A stretch of DNA of 64,000 nt. It comes from the human T2T-CHM13v2.0 reference genome, Homo sapiens. A program made the position numbers and the translations under genes. The stretch is from the NCBI RefSeq assembly GCF_009914755.1, contig NC_060939.1; one strand, written 5' to 3'. Within the stretch, counting starts at the first letter, position 1. Every line of letters starts with the position of its first letter. The notes under the pieces were generated by a model. It searched no databases. It had not been told where the DNA came from and saw only the letters and a program-made list of their open reading frames with translations. Shown here piece by piece: positions 12,785 through 30,476 of this stretch.

Positions 12785-12892
12785 TTTTAGTTCTTCTGAA
12801 ATAGAGCCAGATGTCTCTCAGTCAGATCACAGACACCACTGCATGCATCATGGAACCTGGACTGTTCTGGTCAGATCAATAATCTGGACATT
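12785..12892. repeat. Inverted duplication, arm 2
   Basis: Reverse complement of 11686-11795. Confidence 0.95.
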
Positions 12893-13136
12893 TCCATCAG
12901 AAAACAGGGTCAGAGGTCTTCACATATGTTTATAGGATTGCTCAAATACTTATGGGCTTTCAAAGAATTCTCCAAGGCCTTCTCAATTTAACTTGCTGAA
13001 GCTTCCACACCTCTGACTTGTATGCTTTTGAGACTGTTTATAATGTCCAATTCAAGAAATGTGTGTGTTTCATGCTCCAGACCTTTGCACTTGCTATGAC
13101 CATGCTACTGCACTCCAGTCTGGGCAACAGTGAGAC

Positions 13137-13477
<341 letters not shown>

Positions 13478-13595
13478 TCAGGGCTGTCCGTTTTGCTCAC
13501 CTGTATCCCCAATATTTAATGCTGGGCTCCTTGTTGGCCTTTAATATATATTTATCAGAGTTCAACTCTCCTTTTACATGTTAAAAGTTAGAACC

Positions 13596-13931
<336 letters not shown>

Positions 13932-14528
13932 TTATTAAGCAGCAATGATGAACGGAACCAGAACTGGAACCCATGAATCCAACTAGCAAATGCTCTTTCC
14001 ATTGTAGCAGCCCTATAGGGGCAAACACGCGCCCGCCATCCCCCAGGAGCCTCATTCATTCATTTACTTTCACAGCACGCACCTTCCAGGCTCCTCCGCA
14101 CAGGTACAGGTTTGAGGCGGGAACCAGATGAGGACGAAGGCGGAGATGCTGTTGGTACCAGGTCTGGCCTTGCACTCTAGCTCTGCGAACCTAATGCGCG
14201 GTCTTGCAAGCCTAGCCCCTGGGCATCAGGGCTGACTGCCCTGGGAATGCCTGGAGAGATGAACAGGGAACTCATCAGATGCCACAGCAGAAGCAAAGGC
14301 GTGGCACCTGGAGGCCCACTTCCTTCTGGACACGGAGTCCCGCACTCAGGGTGACCTGTCACCTCCTCTGTCACGTCCAACATCACCTACGATGAAGAAG
14401 ATGCAGGAAGCTTAGAGGCCGAGGCTAGGCGGCCAGACGAAGTGTCGTCCTCTGCCCCGGTCTCGGCCCCAGGGAGCCTGGCACCTCTCCAGCGCTGGCG
14501 CGTGAAGGTCGCAGGCCCACAGTTGAGC

Positions 14529-14803
<275 letters not shown>

Positions 14804-14804
14804 G

Positions 14805-15360
14805 ACAGTCGAGCTTTTAGAGCCCGCGGCGCGCCCACCAACGCAGGGCCGGGAGGAAAAGGCGGGCCGAGAGGCGGGGCTGGAGGCCGAGTGTGGCCGA
14901 GGGAAGCCGAACTTTCCAGTTTCGCTGAGGCCTGTTAACCACTGGGGGCGCCTTCGGGACAGCTGGCTTCTGCGCATGCTCTTGACCCTCCGTCCCCCGG
15001 AGGAATGTCTTAAGTCAGGAGCTGATTAGTGGTTGAAGGCAGCTGATCTGTTTCGAATCCTGTGTGTCCGGAGAGGCCAACGCTTTCATTAGCCAGCAGG
15101 AATGGGCTGGGGCGCGTTTGTAGTTGGGAATCCTGAGCCCGGGCTGTTGCTTGGAGGACTCGGGAGCAGCAGTGGATTTCGGCGTTACCAGGAGAGGTCT
15201 CGAGCACCAGATCCCTCTTCCTTCACTTCCCAGTAGTGGGTTCTAGCCGTTCCCAGCGCCTTCATTTCCAGAAGGCGATTTTACCCAGAGAAAGGAGAGG
15301 GAAGATTTGCTCTACCTTTGGCTTCTTATCAAATAGCTAAATCACGTGGGAAGCTGGTAA
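14805..15360 (+). promoter_or_regulatory. CpG-rich promoter of a non-coding transcript (probably distal 5' end of the DRAIC lncRNA locus)
   Basis: CpG-dense; GC boxes (GGCGGG, GGCGGGGC ~14862-14880), NRF1-like TGCGCATGC 14971-14979, E-box CACGTG 15343-15348; no credible ORF. DRAIC assignment and strand come from recalled gene order. Confidence 0.7.
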
Positions 15361-15778
15361 ACAAAAACAAAAATGAATGAAACAAACAACTAAACAGCTT
15401 GCCGGGCCCCTCCAAGGCCCACCGAACCAGCCCCTCGAGGCAGCCACCGGGAATTTTCATAAGCTCTTCTGATGAGCGGGAGGATAAGTCAGTCAGGGCT
15501 GGAAACTCCCGGATCAGAGCAAACCCAGCTCCTCAGCACCTGAGGAGAAGACGCGTAGTCAATATGGTTTGAAATAATGTGTAAATGAATATATGAATGA
15601 AGAGCTGTCTTCAAACGTGGAAGGAAAAGTTAACAGTTTGATAAAAAGCCATATTGACAAACCTGGGAAAATGGGCTGTTGGTTGATTTGGGTGTAAATT
15701 CCTATAACGTTTTTCTTCTTTCTTTTCTTCTTTACTCCTCCTCTCCCTCCTCCTCCTCTTTCTCTTTCTTCTTCTCTT

Positions 15779-16099
<321 letters not shown>

Positions 16100-16146
16100 T
16101 GAAAACCACAGTTAATAATGTGGGGATTTTGAATTTTTTAAATTTA

Positions 16147-16300
16147 CTTTTTTTTTGAGACAGGGTCTTGCTTTGTCACCCAGGCTGGAGTGCAGTGGTG
16201 TGATCAAGGCTCACTGCAGCCTCGACCTCCTTGGGGCTCAAGCAACCTTCCTGCCCCAGTCTCCAAGTAGCTGGATTACAGGTGGTGAGCCACTGTGCCA
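16147..16300 (-). mobile_element. Alu right-arm fragment
   Basis: Partial Alu in reverse complement. Confidence 0.75.
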
Positions 16301-16336
16301 TCACTACAAGTTCCAATTTTTTTTTTTAATTTTTAA

Positions 16337-16697
<361 letters not shown>

Positions 16698-16739
16698 AGA
16701 ACTACTACAATTTTTTTAGGGTCATTTGGTCCTCTCTCT

Positions 16740-17170
16740 CAAAAGTGCGCTTACCCTCTATCCAGGAATTTCATTTGTAGGAACCTATGCTATGTACAAT
16801 TTCACTGAAGTATTGCTTGTATTAGAAAAAAAGTATGGATGATAGGCAGGTTGAATAAATGTTAATGTTTTCATGTAGCTATGTATAGGAATGCCGCTAT
16901 GGAAAGACATCCAGGACACCTTGTTAAGTGAAAAAAGGTAAGTTGCCACCAGTATGCATAACATGACCCTATTTGAGTAAAAAAATAAAAAAAATGTGCA
17001 TATGTTTTATAGTATTAAAAAACTTCTGGGAGGATTCAAGAGTAATTATAGTGGTTACTTCTGAGGACAGGGATTGGATGGGGTGGAAGAAATATTTTTA
17101 CTTTCCAGTTTATCCTTTCTATATTGCTTGAATTTTTAAAGACCATGAACATACATTACTTTTCTAAATT
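16740..17170 (+). mobile_element. Old L1M (L1MC/ME-type) 3' end
   Basis: GTTAAGTGAAAAAAG..GTGGTTACTTCTG blocks typical of L1ME 3' UTRs. Confidence 0.6.
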
Positions 17171-17419
17171 AAAAACACTGGTTTTGATTTTTTAAAAATT
17201 GGAGAGGGTTTCATGTGGAAGAGAGACTCAACTTCCAAGTAGTTCTAGAAGGAAGAACTCTGACCAGTTTTGAGACAGTTTTAGGTCAAAATAAGAAAAA
17301 TAAGGAAAAGCTTTGCTAGGTGTTAGGCTGAGGCTGGGATATGGAAGACAGTGTTGCTCCAGGAGGAAGTGAACTAGATGCTTCCTCTAGCTATGAGATC
17401 ATGTAAGTCTTCTGGGACA

Positions 17420-17640
17420 CAGGGTTAAATGCTCTGATATCAGACTACCTGGGCTGGCTCAAATCCCATTGCCGCTAAATAGGGCTGTGTGACTTTGAGT
17501 GAGTTATTTAACCTCTCTGTGCCTCAGTTCCATCATATGCATAGTGGGGATCATGTTGACACCTACCTCATAGAGTTCTTTTAGAATTAAGTGAGATGGC
17601 ACATATAAAACACTTAGCATAGTTACTGTTCAAAAACTGT
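17420..17640 (+). mobile_element. MIR
   Basis: GCTGTGTGACTTTGAGTGAGTTATTTAACCTCTCTGTGCCTCAGTT core. Confidence 0.85.
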
Positions 17641-17692
17641 TGAGCTTTTCTTTGCTATCTCATATGAATTGGTGGCTAAAAAGTTAAAAAGT

Positions 17693-17985
17693 GGCAGGGC
17701 ACGGTGACTCACTCCTTTGGGAGGCCGAGGAAGGTGGATCACTTGAGGCCAGCAGTTGGAGACCAGCCTGGCCAACATGGCAAAAACCCACCTCTACTAA
17801 AAATACAAAAATGAGCCGGGTGTGGTGGCGTGTGCCTGTAGTCCCAGCTACTCAGGAGGCTGAGGCATGAGAATTGTTTGAACCCTGGAGCTGGAGGTTG
17901 GAATGAACCAAGATTGCGCCATTGCACTCTATCCTGGATGACAGAGAGAGACTGTCTCAAAAAATAAAATAAATAAAATAAAAAG
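17693..17985 (+). mobile_element. AluS
   Basis: Alu with (TAAA)n tail. Confidence 0.88.
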
Positions 17986-19081
17986 GAAATCAAAGAAACA
18001 GTTTCTACAATTAGAAAGGCTGTTTTATTTTTACACCCTTTATGGAGAAGGTCAAATATTGGATTTTCAGAATTAATGGAATTATTGGGTTGGTAGAATT
18101 TCATACATGCTGGATGGCTTTGCTGACAAAAGGAATTTTTGTTTTCCAGATGCTGGCTCAGTGTTGCCCCATAGTGGCCAATCCTGGGAAGGGCTACTGG
18201 GGTTGACCCCTTCACGCTAGAGTGCTTCTAGGCTAGGGTGTGAGTTCCACAGTCAGAGCTGCCTGGCTGCTTGGCCGAAGGATGAGTGAGTCAGTCCACA
18301 CCTTAGTAAGGAAAGCATGTTTGTGTGCCCTCCCATGACCCAGCCAAGAGGAAACCAAGAGCACTTTAATATGGTCTTCCCTCCCTTGTAATTTACTTAG
18401 CACGCTTCACTTTGCCTCTGCAAATGCTCAAGTTCATTTCTTGTTTAAAAACAAAGAAAGATGTCACTGAATCACTGTGCAATCTGGTGCACCCTTGGTT
18501 TTCCTCAAAGGTTGTTGGAAGAAAAGGCCACATGAAAACCATTTCTGCTTTTGCCAGAAAACTTGAGCAGGCTCTTATATTGTTATGGTCTCCTAAATAA
18601 GGTCTCATGTGAAAAATTCTTGTAAAATTTAGGGGCAGGAGAAAGTTTGTGTCCTCTGGGGCATTAGTCTGCATCCTCCTGTATGATAACGAGAGCTCTG
18701 TGACTTCACACTCTCTCTTCTCTGCTTCAGCTGCTGAGAAATTCAGTACCAGACCAGGTGCCCAATCTCAGTAATTAAATTAACCCAAATGGATAAGGTG
18801 TTTACCTCCTCCTCCTTTTCTTGGTACTGATTTTTAAAATAAAAATTTTGGCAGCTTTTTTATTGACTTTACTGCATCGTTGTACTTTGATCTATACTCA
18901 AATTCTTTTGAGAAAGAGGAAAGGAATTCACAAATTAAATGAAAAATTGAATATTGGAAGGTTTTTTTCTGGTGGCACGTTAAATGAGATATTAAGTTAG
19001 TGGTTGTACTTGGGTTTTGAGACTAACAAGCTTATAGGTCCAAGATTTCAGGTCATAATTTTTCTTTACTTGGGAAAATGA

Positions 19082-19406
<325 letters not shown>

Positions 19407-22241
19407 TGAACATTCAGAGACCGAAAAAGCTAGAAGCCCTATTCGGACCCAAAATATTTTCCCTCTGCTGTCATTTCAGACATGCCACCATTAGGGCTTC
19501 ATTTCCCTGCAGTCTTCTTTAAATACCAAAACTGCCCTGGGAAGGATAAGACATCAGTTTCTTCATACTTCAGAGCAAATGGGATTGATTCCCAGGACCT
19601 CCTTTCTGTGGACTGGGTTTTTGCCTCCTCACCAAGAGACTGGGCTCCCTGGGCGAGCAGAGGCTGCTGGGTAAGAGAGATTTAGTTCTGTTTCAACAAG
19701 CTGTGGGGCCTTCGACAAGCCCCCTGACCTCTCTGGCCCCTGGTGTCCTCACGTTGCCATGAAGGGCTTTTGAGGATGCTCCAGCTCCCACATGGCCAAT
19801 CCCGACTCCCCTCCCAGGGCCCCTGTTGGGCCCTGCGGCAGGTGCCAGTGGAGTCACCTTCCAGCCCGGCGGGGCCCATTAGCTCCTTGCTCTGTTGACT
19901 CTCAGGTAAAACCTTTCTTGTGTTTACTCAGCAAAGATTCTTTTAAGACGGGCTAAGCACACGGTTTACTCTGCTAACAAGCCTTGGCATTTATTGTGAG
20001 GACCTGTGTTGACTTATTCTCGAGTCTCCATTGACACTCACTGAGAAACGTTAACGCAAACACAAGGAGACATCCTGGGAGCTCTGAGGCCCGACATTGT
20101 GCTGGGGAAGGAGCTCCAGAAAGGGCCATCCTTTCTGTTTTGGTTAGAATCACCTTGAGAGTTAAAAATAACAATAATATAGGCACCATAAGAGATTCTA
20201 ATGATCTCCTTTTACTTTTTAGGTTCAGTATCTGAACACTTTTGCTAAAGGTCTCTGGAAAGCTCCCTGTGTTAATTCTCGATGAGACTACGTCTGTGCC
20301 GGCCGCTTCCTGAGCCTCCTTCCATGTGCATAGGCCTGCTGCATGCTGGAGACCTGCGGCACAGCTGCCAAGTGCCCCGTGTGGTTCTGTGATCTTGGGA
20401 CAGTCACTTCCTCTCTGTGGTTGTCAGTCTTCTCATCCCTAAGGTAAGGGGACGCTGTCTCCACGCTCATCTCCTCAGCTAGACTGGGGCCTCAGGCCTG
20501 AGCCCAGGGCCTAAGAGCCCTAAAAAATGTTTGCTGAATAAATGAATGAATAAGCCACATTAGCCACTCTCTCCGGTCTTGCTCCGACATCTTGTGCCTG
20601 AATCCTCCCCCAGTGCAGGCTCTGCTTTGAGTCGTACGTAGTCTGATGAGATCTGCTAATGGGGTCACTGCAGACAACCACAGAGCCCCAGCGTCTGACT
20701 CATACGCTGCGGCTGCCAAGTGGTTTCACCTGCCTCTGCCTCTCTCATTACCTCCTCTCATTCAAGCTGATGCTTGTAAAGGAAACAGCTTTCAGGTGAG
20801 GGGCCTGTGTATTTGGTTTGTCTTTGTTGCCTGGAAACTGTTGACATCCTGAGACATTCTGTTGCCTTCACTGGGTAATGAAAAATTGATTACTTTTCTC
20901 TCTGTCAACAAACTATAGCCCGTTCCCCTTGGCTGGGAATGGGTGAGAAGTGTGTGCGTCTTGCTCCGTGGCTGTTTGCTTGCTTTCAACAAGTTGGGTT
21001 TGCTTGACTTAGAGGTGGGGGTGGGGCCCAGAGCAGAGGGACAGGATAAGTGGCTGTGGGGGAGGCTCTTGGGGAGAGGACTCTCCTCACTTCCCTTGAG
21101 CGCTCCCTCAGTTCCAGCAAATGCCTTCACCCAGCTGACCCGTGGCATCTCTCCCCTCTGCAGTGTTCTCTCTGCTCAGCCTGCCCAGAAGCCTCCTCGA
21201 GTCTCTCCAGCCCTGGGGACAGCCTGAGATACACAGCTAATACCATTTCCTCTGTGTTCTGCTCTGTGTGGTGTCTCCTCTGGACTGTGCACTGGGCTGG
21301 CATCCCCTACCTGAGGGGATGGGCAATAGATATACCCAGAGGAGCTCAGCATGCTAGATTTAGAAGGGACCTCAGAGAGCATCCAGCCCTCTTGGTTTTA
21401 CATTTGTGGAAGAGAAAGCTCATAGGGCAGGTGACGTGGCTGTGGCCACATAGCTAAGTGGTAACAGAGTATGCCTTCTTGACTCCCAGTCCAGTAGGAT
21501 GAAGGTCGTCAGTTTGGTACTCACTGTCCTTGGTGGAATATGAAAGTCATGGGATGGCCCTCACCCCAGGAACATATCAAACACTCAGCAAAAGGGGTCA
21601 GAGACTGGGCAAGAGTGGACAGAGGCCTGGGGTCTTTCCGTGGGGAGCATGGTGACTTGGCCACTCAGCAGGGATGGAGGTGGCGGAGCTCACGTGAGAG
21701 AAGCTTTCAAAAGGTGGTGTTGAGAGAACAGTGAAGAATGGGCTTTGCGAGGGTGGCCTGATGTGTAGGCTTGGCTAAGTCCTCTCCTTTCCTGACTCCA
21801 TGTTTGGTGCCTGCATGCCTTGCTCCCCAGAGCGGGGACAGCGTGTGGGCCCCACAGCCATGGGAGAGCAGAACTGCCCAGGGTAGGAGGTCACAGCCTC
21901 AGGCTGCCTGGTCCCACTCCAGCAGCCTTCTTGGCCCCAGGTAAGATCTGTAGATGACCCCGTAGGCTCAGCCTTGCCCCCAGCCTTGGGGGAGCCCATG
22001 CTTGCAACAGGATAGATAAGGGCTCTCTGAGATTCCCTGAGCTATCACTCCTGGCTGGCCCTACTTTAGACCTGCCTTGCTCCAGGAAAGGATCTTACAC
22101 TTTGTTCCAGGGCCCCAGGCCTGCCTAGACATCTCTGAGTCAGCTTCAGGGGATCATAACTTTAAGCCTCTTGTTCTTCACTGATTGCTGTACTCAGGCA
22201 TTTCTTGAGTTCCTTAGTCCCTGGGTTTCGGGCTGGCTTAG

Positions 22242-22754
<513 letters not shown>

Positions 22755-22834
22755 TGACCCTGGGGGATGGACCCTTCTGCCCCTCACCCCCACCCCAGGT
22801 ATACCACCGGCAGGTATAGAGGTTTTTACATACT

Positions 22835-23545
22835 TATTTCTTTTTAAAATAAACCTTATTTTTTAGAACAGTTTTAGGTTTACAGCAAAATTGAGCAGAA
22901 GGTACAGAGATTTCCCATATATCACCTACCCCTACAACATGCACAGCCTCCCCCACCATCAAAAACCTGCAGGGAGTTGTCCATTTGTCACAGTCCATTA
23001 ACCTGCATTGATACATCATCATCTCCCAAAGTCCATAGTTTACATGAGAGTTTGCTCTTGGTGCTGTGTATTCTGTGGATTTGGAAAATGTAGAATGACG
23101 TGCATCCATCATTGAGGCATCACACAGAGCAGTCTCACTCCCCTAAAAGTCCCCTGCACTCCACCTGTTCATCCCTCCCTCCCCCAACCCTGGCAACCAC
23201 TGATCTTTTTACCGTCTCCATAGTTTTGCTGTTTCCAGAATGTCGTCTAGTTGGAATCGTGCAGTCTGTAGCCTTTTCAGATTGGCTTCTCTCGCTTAGT
23301 AATGTGCATTTAAGGTTCCTCCATGTCTTTTCATGGCTTGGTAGCTCATTTCTTTTTAGCACTGAATAATACTCCACTATCTGGTTGTGACATGGTTTAT
23401 CCATTCATTTACTGAAGAACATCTTGGTTGCTTCTAAGTTTTGGCAATTATGAATAAAGCTGCTATAAACACCTGTGTGCAGGTTTTGTGTGGATATAAG
23501 TTTTTTTTTTCAACTCCTTTGGGTGAATACCAAGGAGCATGATGT
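22835..23545 (-). mobile_element. L1MB-type 3' end
   Basis: TTTTAGGTTTACAGCAAAATTGAGCAGAAGGTACAGAG..GGCAACCACTGATC..ATGAATAAAGCTGCTATAAAC. Confidence 0.85.
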
Positions 23546-23567
23546 ATAGAATTTAAAAAATTGGGAA

Positions 23568-23863
23568 GCAGGTGAGGCACGGTGGCTGATGCCTGTAATC
23601 TCAGCACTTTGGGAGGCCAAGATGGGAGGCGTGCTTGAGCCCAGGAGTTTGAGACCAGCCTGGGCAACAAAGTGAGACCCCCAGCTCTACAAAAAAATTA
23701 AAAAGTTAGCCGGGTGTGGTAGTACACACCTGTAGTCCCAGCTACATGGGAGGCTGGGGCAGGAGGATCCCCTGAGCCCAGGAGGTTGAGGCTGCAGTGA
23801 GCCATGGTTATGCCACTGCACTCCAGTCCAGGTGACAGAGCAAGACTGTCTCGAAAAAAATAA
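23568..23863 (+). mobile_element. AluJ
   Basis: Full Alu with J diagnostics. Confidence 0.9.
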
Positions 23864-24957
23864 ATTTAGAAACTACCCAAGTTGTGGATTTCTGGTTTCT
23901 TGTTAAACGTTGGAGGATCTGGATGGTATGTGTCTGATGGTGCAGTCAGCACCGCTGCTGCTGTCCTTTTGGGTTGGGCATGTGCCACCTCTTCAACTCC
24001 TCTCTGCGCCCCCCTTCTATAGTCTTTACTCTGCCTCAACTGCACTCGTGCCTAGCCATTTGAGTTTGCAATCCCTGGAGGAGATAGCGTAACACTTCTC
24101 ACGTGGGGAGCCTTGAGAATGGTCCAACTGCATCACTACGTGTCCCTGGTAGTCCTGGATTTGGTAGATGTGGTTTAGGTGCCCTGGAGGTCCCTGTAGC
24201 AACATGTGATTTTCCTGTGGCCTGGTTTTGAAGTGAGTGTGCCACAAGGTTGGTAGAATGGAGTGAATTGCTGACAAGCGAGTGAGTGGGCCTAGCCTGC
24301 CACCTGCCACCCAGCTCTCAGTACCCCTGTTGGGCTTGGTTTTGTTCCCAGAATCCAGTCTTGATGATTTGCCTGACAGTCTGCTCCTTCCCAGGTGCAG
24401 GAGTTTGTTTTAATTCTCCTTTCCTTCTATGGACTGGACGCATTTGTCTACTAATTCATTCACTCATTGAATTATTCAGCATGTATCCACGAATTATCTA
24501 TTAGGCAAACACTGCTTTCGATGTCAGAGATGCAGAGATTAATTAGATCAAGTCCTAACTCTTAAAATTCTCTTATCTGGTGGAATAAAGACCCTTCAAG
24601 GGTTATACTGTGTTTAGGAGGTCTGTGGTAAGGAGCAGCAGCTGTCAGGAGGCAAGGGTGGGGCAAAGGGGTGGGCTTGTGTGGGAAGGTGTTAGGGAGG
24701 CTTCCTGGAGAAGGAGATGTTTTGGCTGCAGAGAAAGCTGCTGTTAAACAACACGGAGTAGCTAGATAAACATCCATAGAACTGCAGGGATGTGGTGTGG
24801 ATGGAACTGAGTGTAAGGAGAGTGGCAGTTGAAGAGATGACTGGGTGAGAGCCAAGCTCAGAGTAGCCCTGCCCAATAGAAATAGGACGAGCCGCCTAGG
24901 CGATTATAAACTTCCTAGAGCCACATTCAAAAATGGAAAAGGACACAAGCTAAATAA

Positions 24958-25918
<961 letters not shown>

Positions 25919-26067
25919 TCAATTTTAATAATGTATTTTATTTAACTCAATATATCCAAAATATTGTCATTTCAACATGTGGCAGTAGCCACACTTCAAG
26001 TGCTCAATGGCTACATGGACTAGTGGCTACTGTAGTGATGGGACATTCTTCTAGAACGTTCTTTCTA

Positions 26068-26363
26068 TTTTTTTTTGAGACGAAGTCTCATTCTTTCACC
26101 CAGGCTGGAGTACAGTGGCGTGATCTCGGCTCACTGCATCCTCTGCCTCTGCCTCCTGAGTTCAAGTCATTCTGGTACCTCAGCCTCCCAAGTAGCTGAG
26201 ATTACAGGCTCATGCCCCCATGCCTGGCTAATTTTTGTAGTTTCGGTAGAGATGGAGTTTCGCCATGTTGACCAGACTGGTCTCGAACTCCTGAGGTCGA
26301 GTGATCCGCCCACCTCAGTCTCCCAAAGTGCTGAAATTACAGGTGTGAGCCACCATGCCTGGC
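26068..26363 (-). mobile_element. AluS
   Basis: TSD TCTAGAA(C/T)GTTCTTT. Confidence 0.9.
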
Positions 26364-26734
26364 CTCTCTAGAATGTTCTTTATCCTCATGCCTCAAGGAG
26401 GGAGTGACACAGTGGGTTTTTGTTGAAGAAATACCCTCCAGCTCCTGGAAAAGTGGAAAAGTGCCTGAGGGAGGGAGGTGGGGAGACCCGTGGAGGCAGT
26501 GCAGGAAGCACCGACCTAGGCGTGAGACGGAGAGGAAAGCTCAGCTATGAAGGAGGATTGTTTTTTAATGACTGTCTCCAAAGGAAGTTGTGATTCAGCC
26601 TCCTGAGAAGATGTGATATCAGCAGGAATCCCCACTCCTCGTGAGAGCCCCAGAATTGTCTTGAGCCCTAAGACAAGGATATAAATTTAGGGAAGTCATC
26701 ATAGACAATTTTGCTCTCAAACTCAGGGTGCTTG

Positions 26735-26900
26735 ACTGGGCACAGTGGCACACACCTGTAGTCCCAGCAATTCGGAAGATCAAGGCGGGAGGAACGCTTG
26801 CGCCTAGGAGGTCAAGACTGCAGTGAGCTGTGTTTGCACCACTGCACTCTAGCCTGGGTGACAGAGCAAGACCCTGTCTATAAATAAAACAAAACAAAAA
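26735..26900 (+). mobile_element. Alu right monomer (FRAM/AluJ)
   Basis: Single monomer with A-rich tail. Confidence 0.8.
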
Positions 26901-27397
26901 GCCACCCAGGGTGCCACCATCCGCAGCCCCATGTCAGGTTCAGATCCCATCCCTCCCTCCCAGCCTGCATTTCCAGAGGCCGTCTTGACTCCTTGACTGA
27001 GACAGCATCCACCTTTCTGCTCTCTGCCTGTTTCTCACAGATGGGGAGGGCTGAGCTCAGGGGCCGACTTTGAGCCACTGTCCCTGGGGCTCTGTCCTTG
27101 TCCTGAGCTACCCCTCAGTTCCAGCTGCAGATCTAGAGCTGCACCCTGAGTCAGCAGTGGGACCTGAGTCTCAAAACGGCAGAGGAGTCCTGGCTGTCTG
27201 CTGAGGTAGTGCATGAGGAAATGGATTCCTCGTGCTGGCTGGGTGGCCTCTGGCCTGTCATTTGTCCTCTTTGGACCCGTGCTTCTCACAGCATAGTCTG
27301 TGGACTGCATTGGCTCTCAAAATATTGTTACTTGTCTATATGGAGACAGGTACAGTAAGTACCTGCTGAGAATGTAAGAGTAAACATAGAGACTTTT

Positions 27398-27880
27398 GGC
27401 AGGGTGCAGTGGCCCAAGCCTGTAATCCTGGCACTTTGGCAGGCCAAGAGGAGAGGATCGCTTGAAGCCAGGAGTATGAGACCAGCCTGGGCAACATGGT
27501 GGAATCCTATCTCTACAAAAAAATACAAAAAATAGTCAGGTGTGGTGGTACACGCTACTCAGGAGGCTTAGGTGGGAGGATGCCCTGGGTGGGGAAATGG
27601 GGAGAGATGTTGGTCAAAGGGTAAAAGTTTCAGTTAGACAGAAGGAATACCTTTTTTGAGGTCTATTGCACAGCATGGTGACTATCCTTAATAATAATGT
27701 ATTGTATATTTCAAAATTGCTAACAGTGTACATTTCAAATGTTCTTACCACAAAAATGGTAAGCGAGATGATGGATTTGTTAAAATTAGCTAGACTTTAT
27801 CATTCCACATTGTATACATATATCAAACATCACATAAGACCACATAAATGTATGCAATTAATAATAAAAAATTATAAACA
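27398..27880 (+). mobile_element. Partial AluJ (27398-27585) fused to L1MA-type 3' end (27586-27880)
   Basis: GATGTTGGTCAAAGGGT..TTTCAGTTAGACAG..TATATTTCAAAATTGCTAA block of L1MA. Confidence 0.8.
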
Positions 27881-28435
27881 GGAACAAAAGACCAGTGGCA
27901 ACCTGGTCCTTCTTCAGAGAGGGCTTGGGAAGTCCTGCCTCCACCCGCTTTCCAGTGGGGTGAAAGGGAGGTGAGCCTTGCAGTTCTCCTTTGGGGCAGG
28001 AGGGGGCGGCAGATACACGGGTAATCCATCTTTCCCTGCAGGACCGGTTCCTTCATTCTTCAAGCATCCTCCATTTGGCACCTTCTGGATGCTGGGGACA
28101 CAAGGAGAAAGAGAGGCTTTCTCCTTCTTCCTGTTTTGCCTCAGTCCAGGGCAAAGCCACCAGGGAGAGTGTCCAGGAGAGCTGTCTACATGGAGATGAC
28201 ACAAAACGTGACCCCTGCCAGGGGCTCTTCTCCCAGGAGGTGTAGCTGCGTGGCTTGAGTGTATAGCAGAGGCCTGAGTTGGGCTTTCTGGGTTCGAATC
28301 CTGGCTCCTTCTCTAGTTGCTGTGAGACGTAGGAAAGGCTTTGGAGTCACCCCCAAGCCCAGCTTCTTCAAGTGTAAAGGGGGCATGTTAATGGTAGCTG
28401 CCCTACAAGGGTATTGGGGGATTAAAGGATAATTC

Positions 28436-28733
<298 letters not shown>

Positions 28734-29079
28734 AGGAGATAATTCTTATAGAGCACTTAATACTGTGCCTGGCCTGTACAGACACCTGCCCAAGCAATGT
28801 GTTCATTATTTTTGACAGTCTCATCCTGTCTTGCTTTCTCTCAGCTCCTGTGAGGTTGAGAAATGTCACTCTTCTTTGATAGGCACTTTTCCTGAGGGCA
28901 GCCAGTTCCGCCAGTCACTCTGACTGTTGGACCCTTTGACATAGTGAGATTTGGCTCAGTCCTCACCTCCTCCAGGAAGTCTGCCGAGATGATCCCAAGT
29001 CCTAAGAGCCTCCTCACTGTAGCCTCGTTTTTTCAATGATTAATTCCTAATTTGTCTAATTTCTTCCTCCTGCATGTCA

Positions 29080-29976
<897 letters not shown>

Positions 29977-30457
29977 TCAGCAGAAGAGAACACTGCGGCT
30001 CAGGAAGAAGAGCTTGATTATTAAGTACCTACCAAATGCAGGGCCCTAAACATACACTATCTCATTTTTTCTTCCCAGAAGAAAGGTAGGCACTTTTGTC
30101 TCCATTTTGCACATGAGAGACTCAGTTGCACAAGTCTGCAGGACCACGGAGAACAGGAGTTTTTCCCGATATGAAGTATCTGACAGTTAGTATCTGATAC
30201 AAAGTCCAGAGTTCCTCTTTGCCGGTTTTGTGATGGAAGGATAAAAAGATGTGGGTTTTTTGGGGTCCCCTAGGCATAGACCTAGAAGGCCAGAAATAAA
30301 CATTTATTTTCCTCTCTGTTTTGCCTGAAAACCAAGAGGGCTTTCAAGAGGATAAAGGTGTTAGTGGGAAAGTGGGGGTCTCATTCGAGGACCCCCAAGG
30401 GTCTCTTGTAACAGGTGGCCCTGCAGCATTAAAGGCTCTTGCAGAAGAGCGTGGGAG

Positions 30458-30476
30458 TGAGCAGCAGGGGGCGCTA
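30458..30476 (+). promoter_or_regulatory. Candidate CTCF site
   Basis: TGAGCAGCAGGGGGCGCTA closely matches the CTCF core TGGCCACCAGGGGGCGCTA. Confidence 0.6.

Noticed and set aside
14937-14952. CTCF-like CCACTGGGGGCGCC in the lncRNA promoter
   Set aside because: It is one base short of the CTCF core spacing and could be an ordinary GC-rich promoter sequence.
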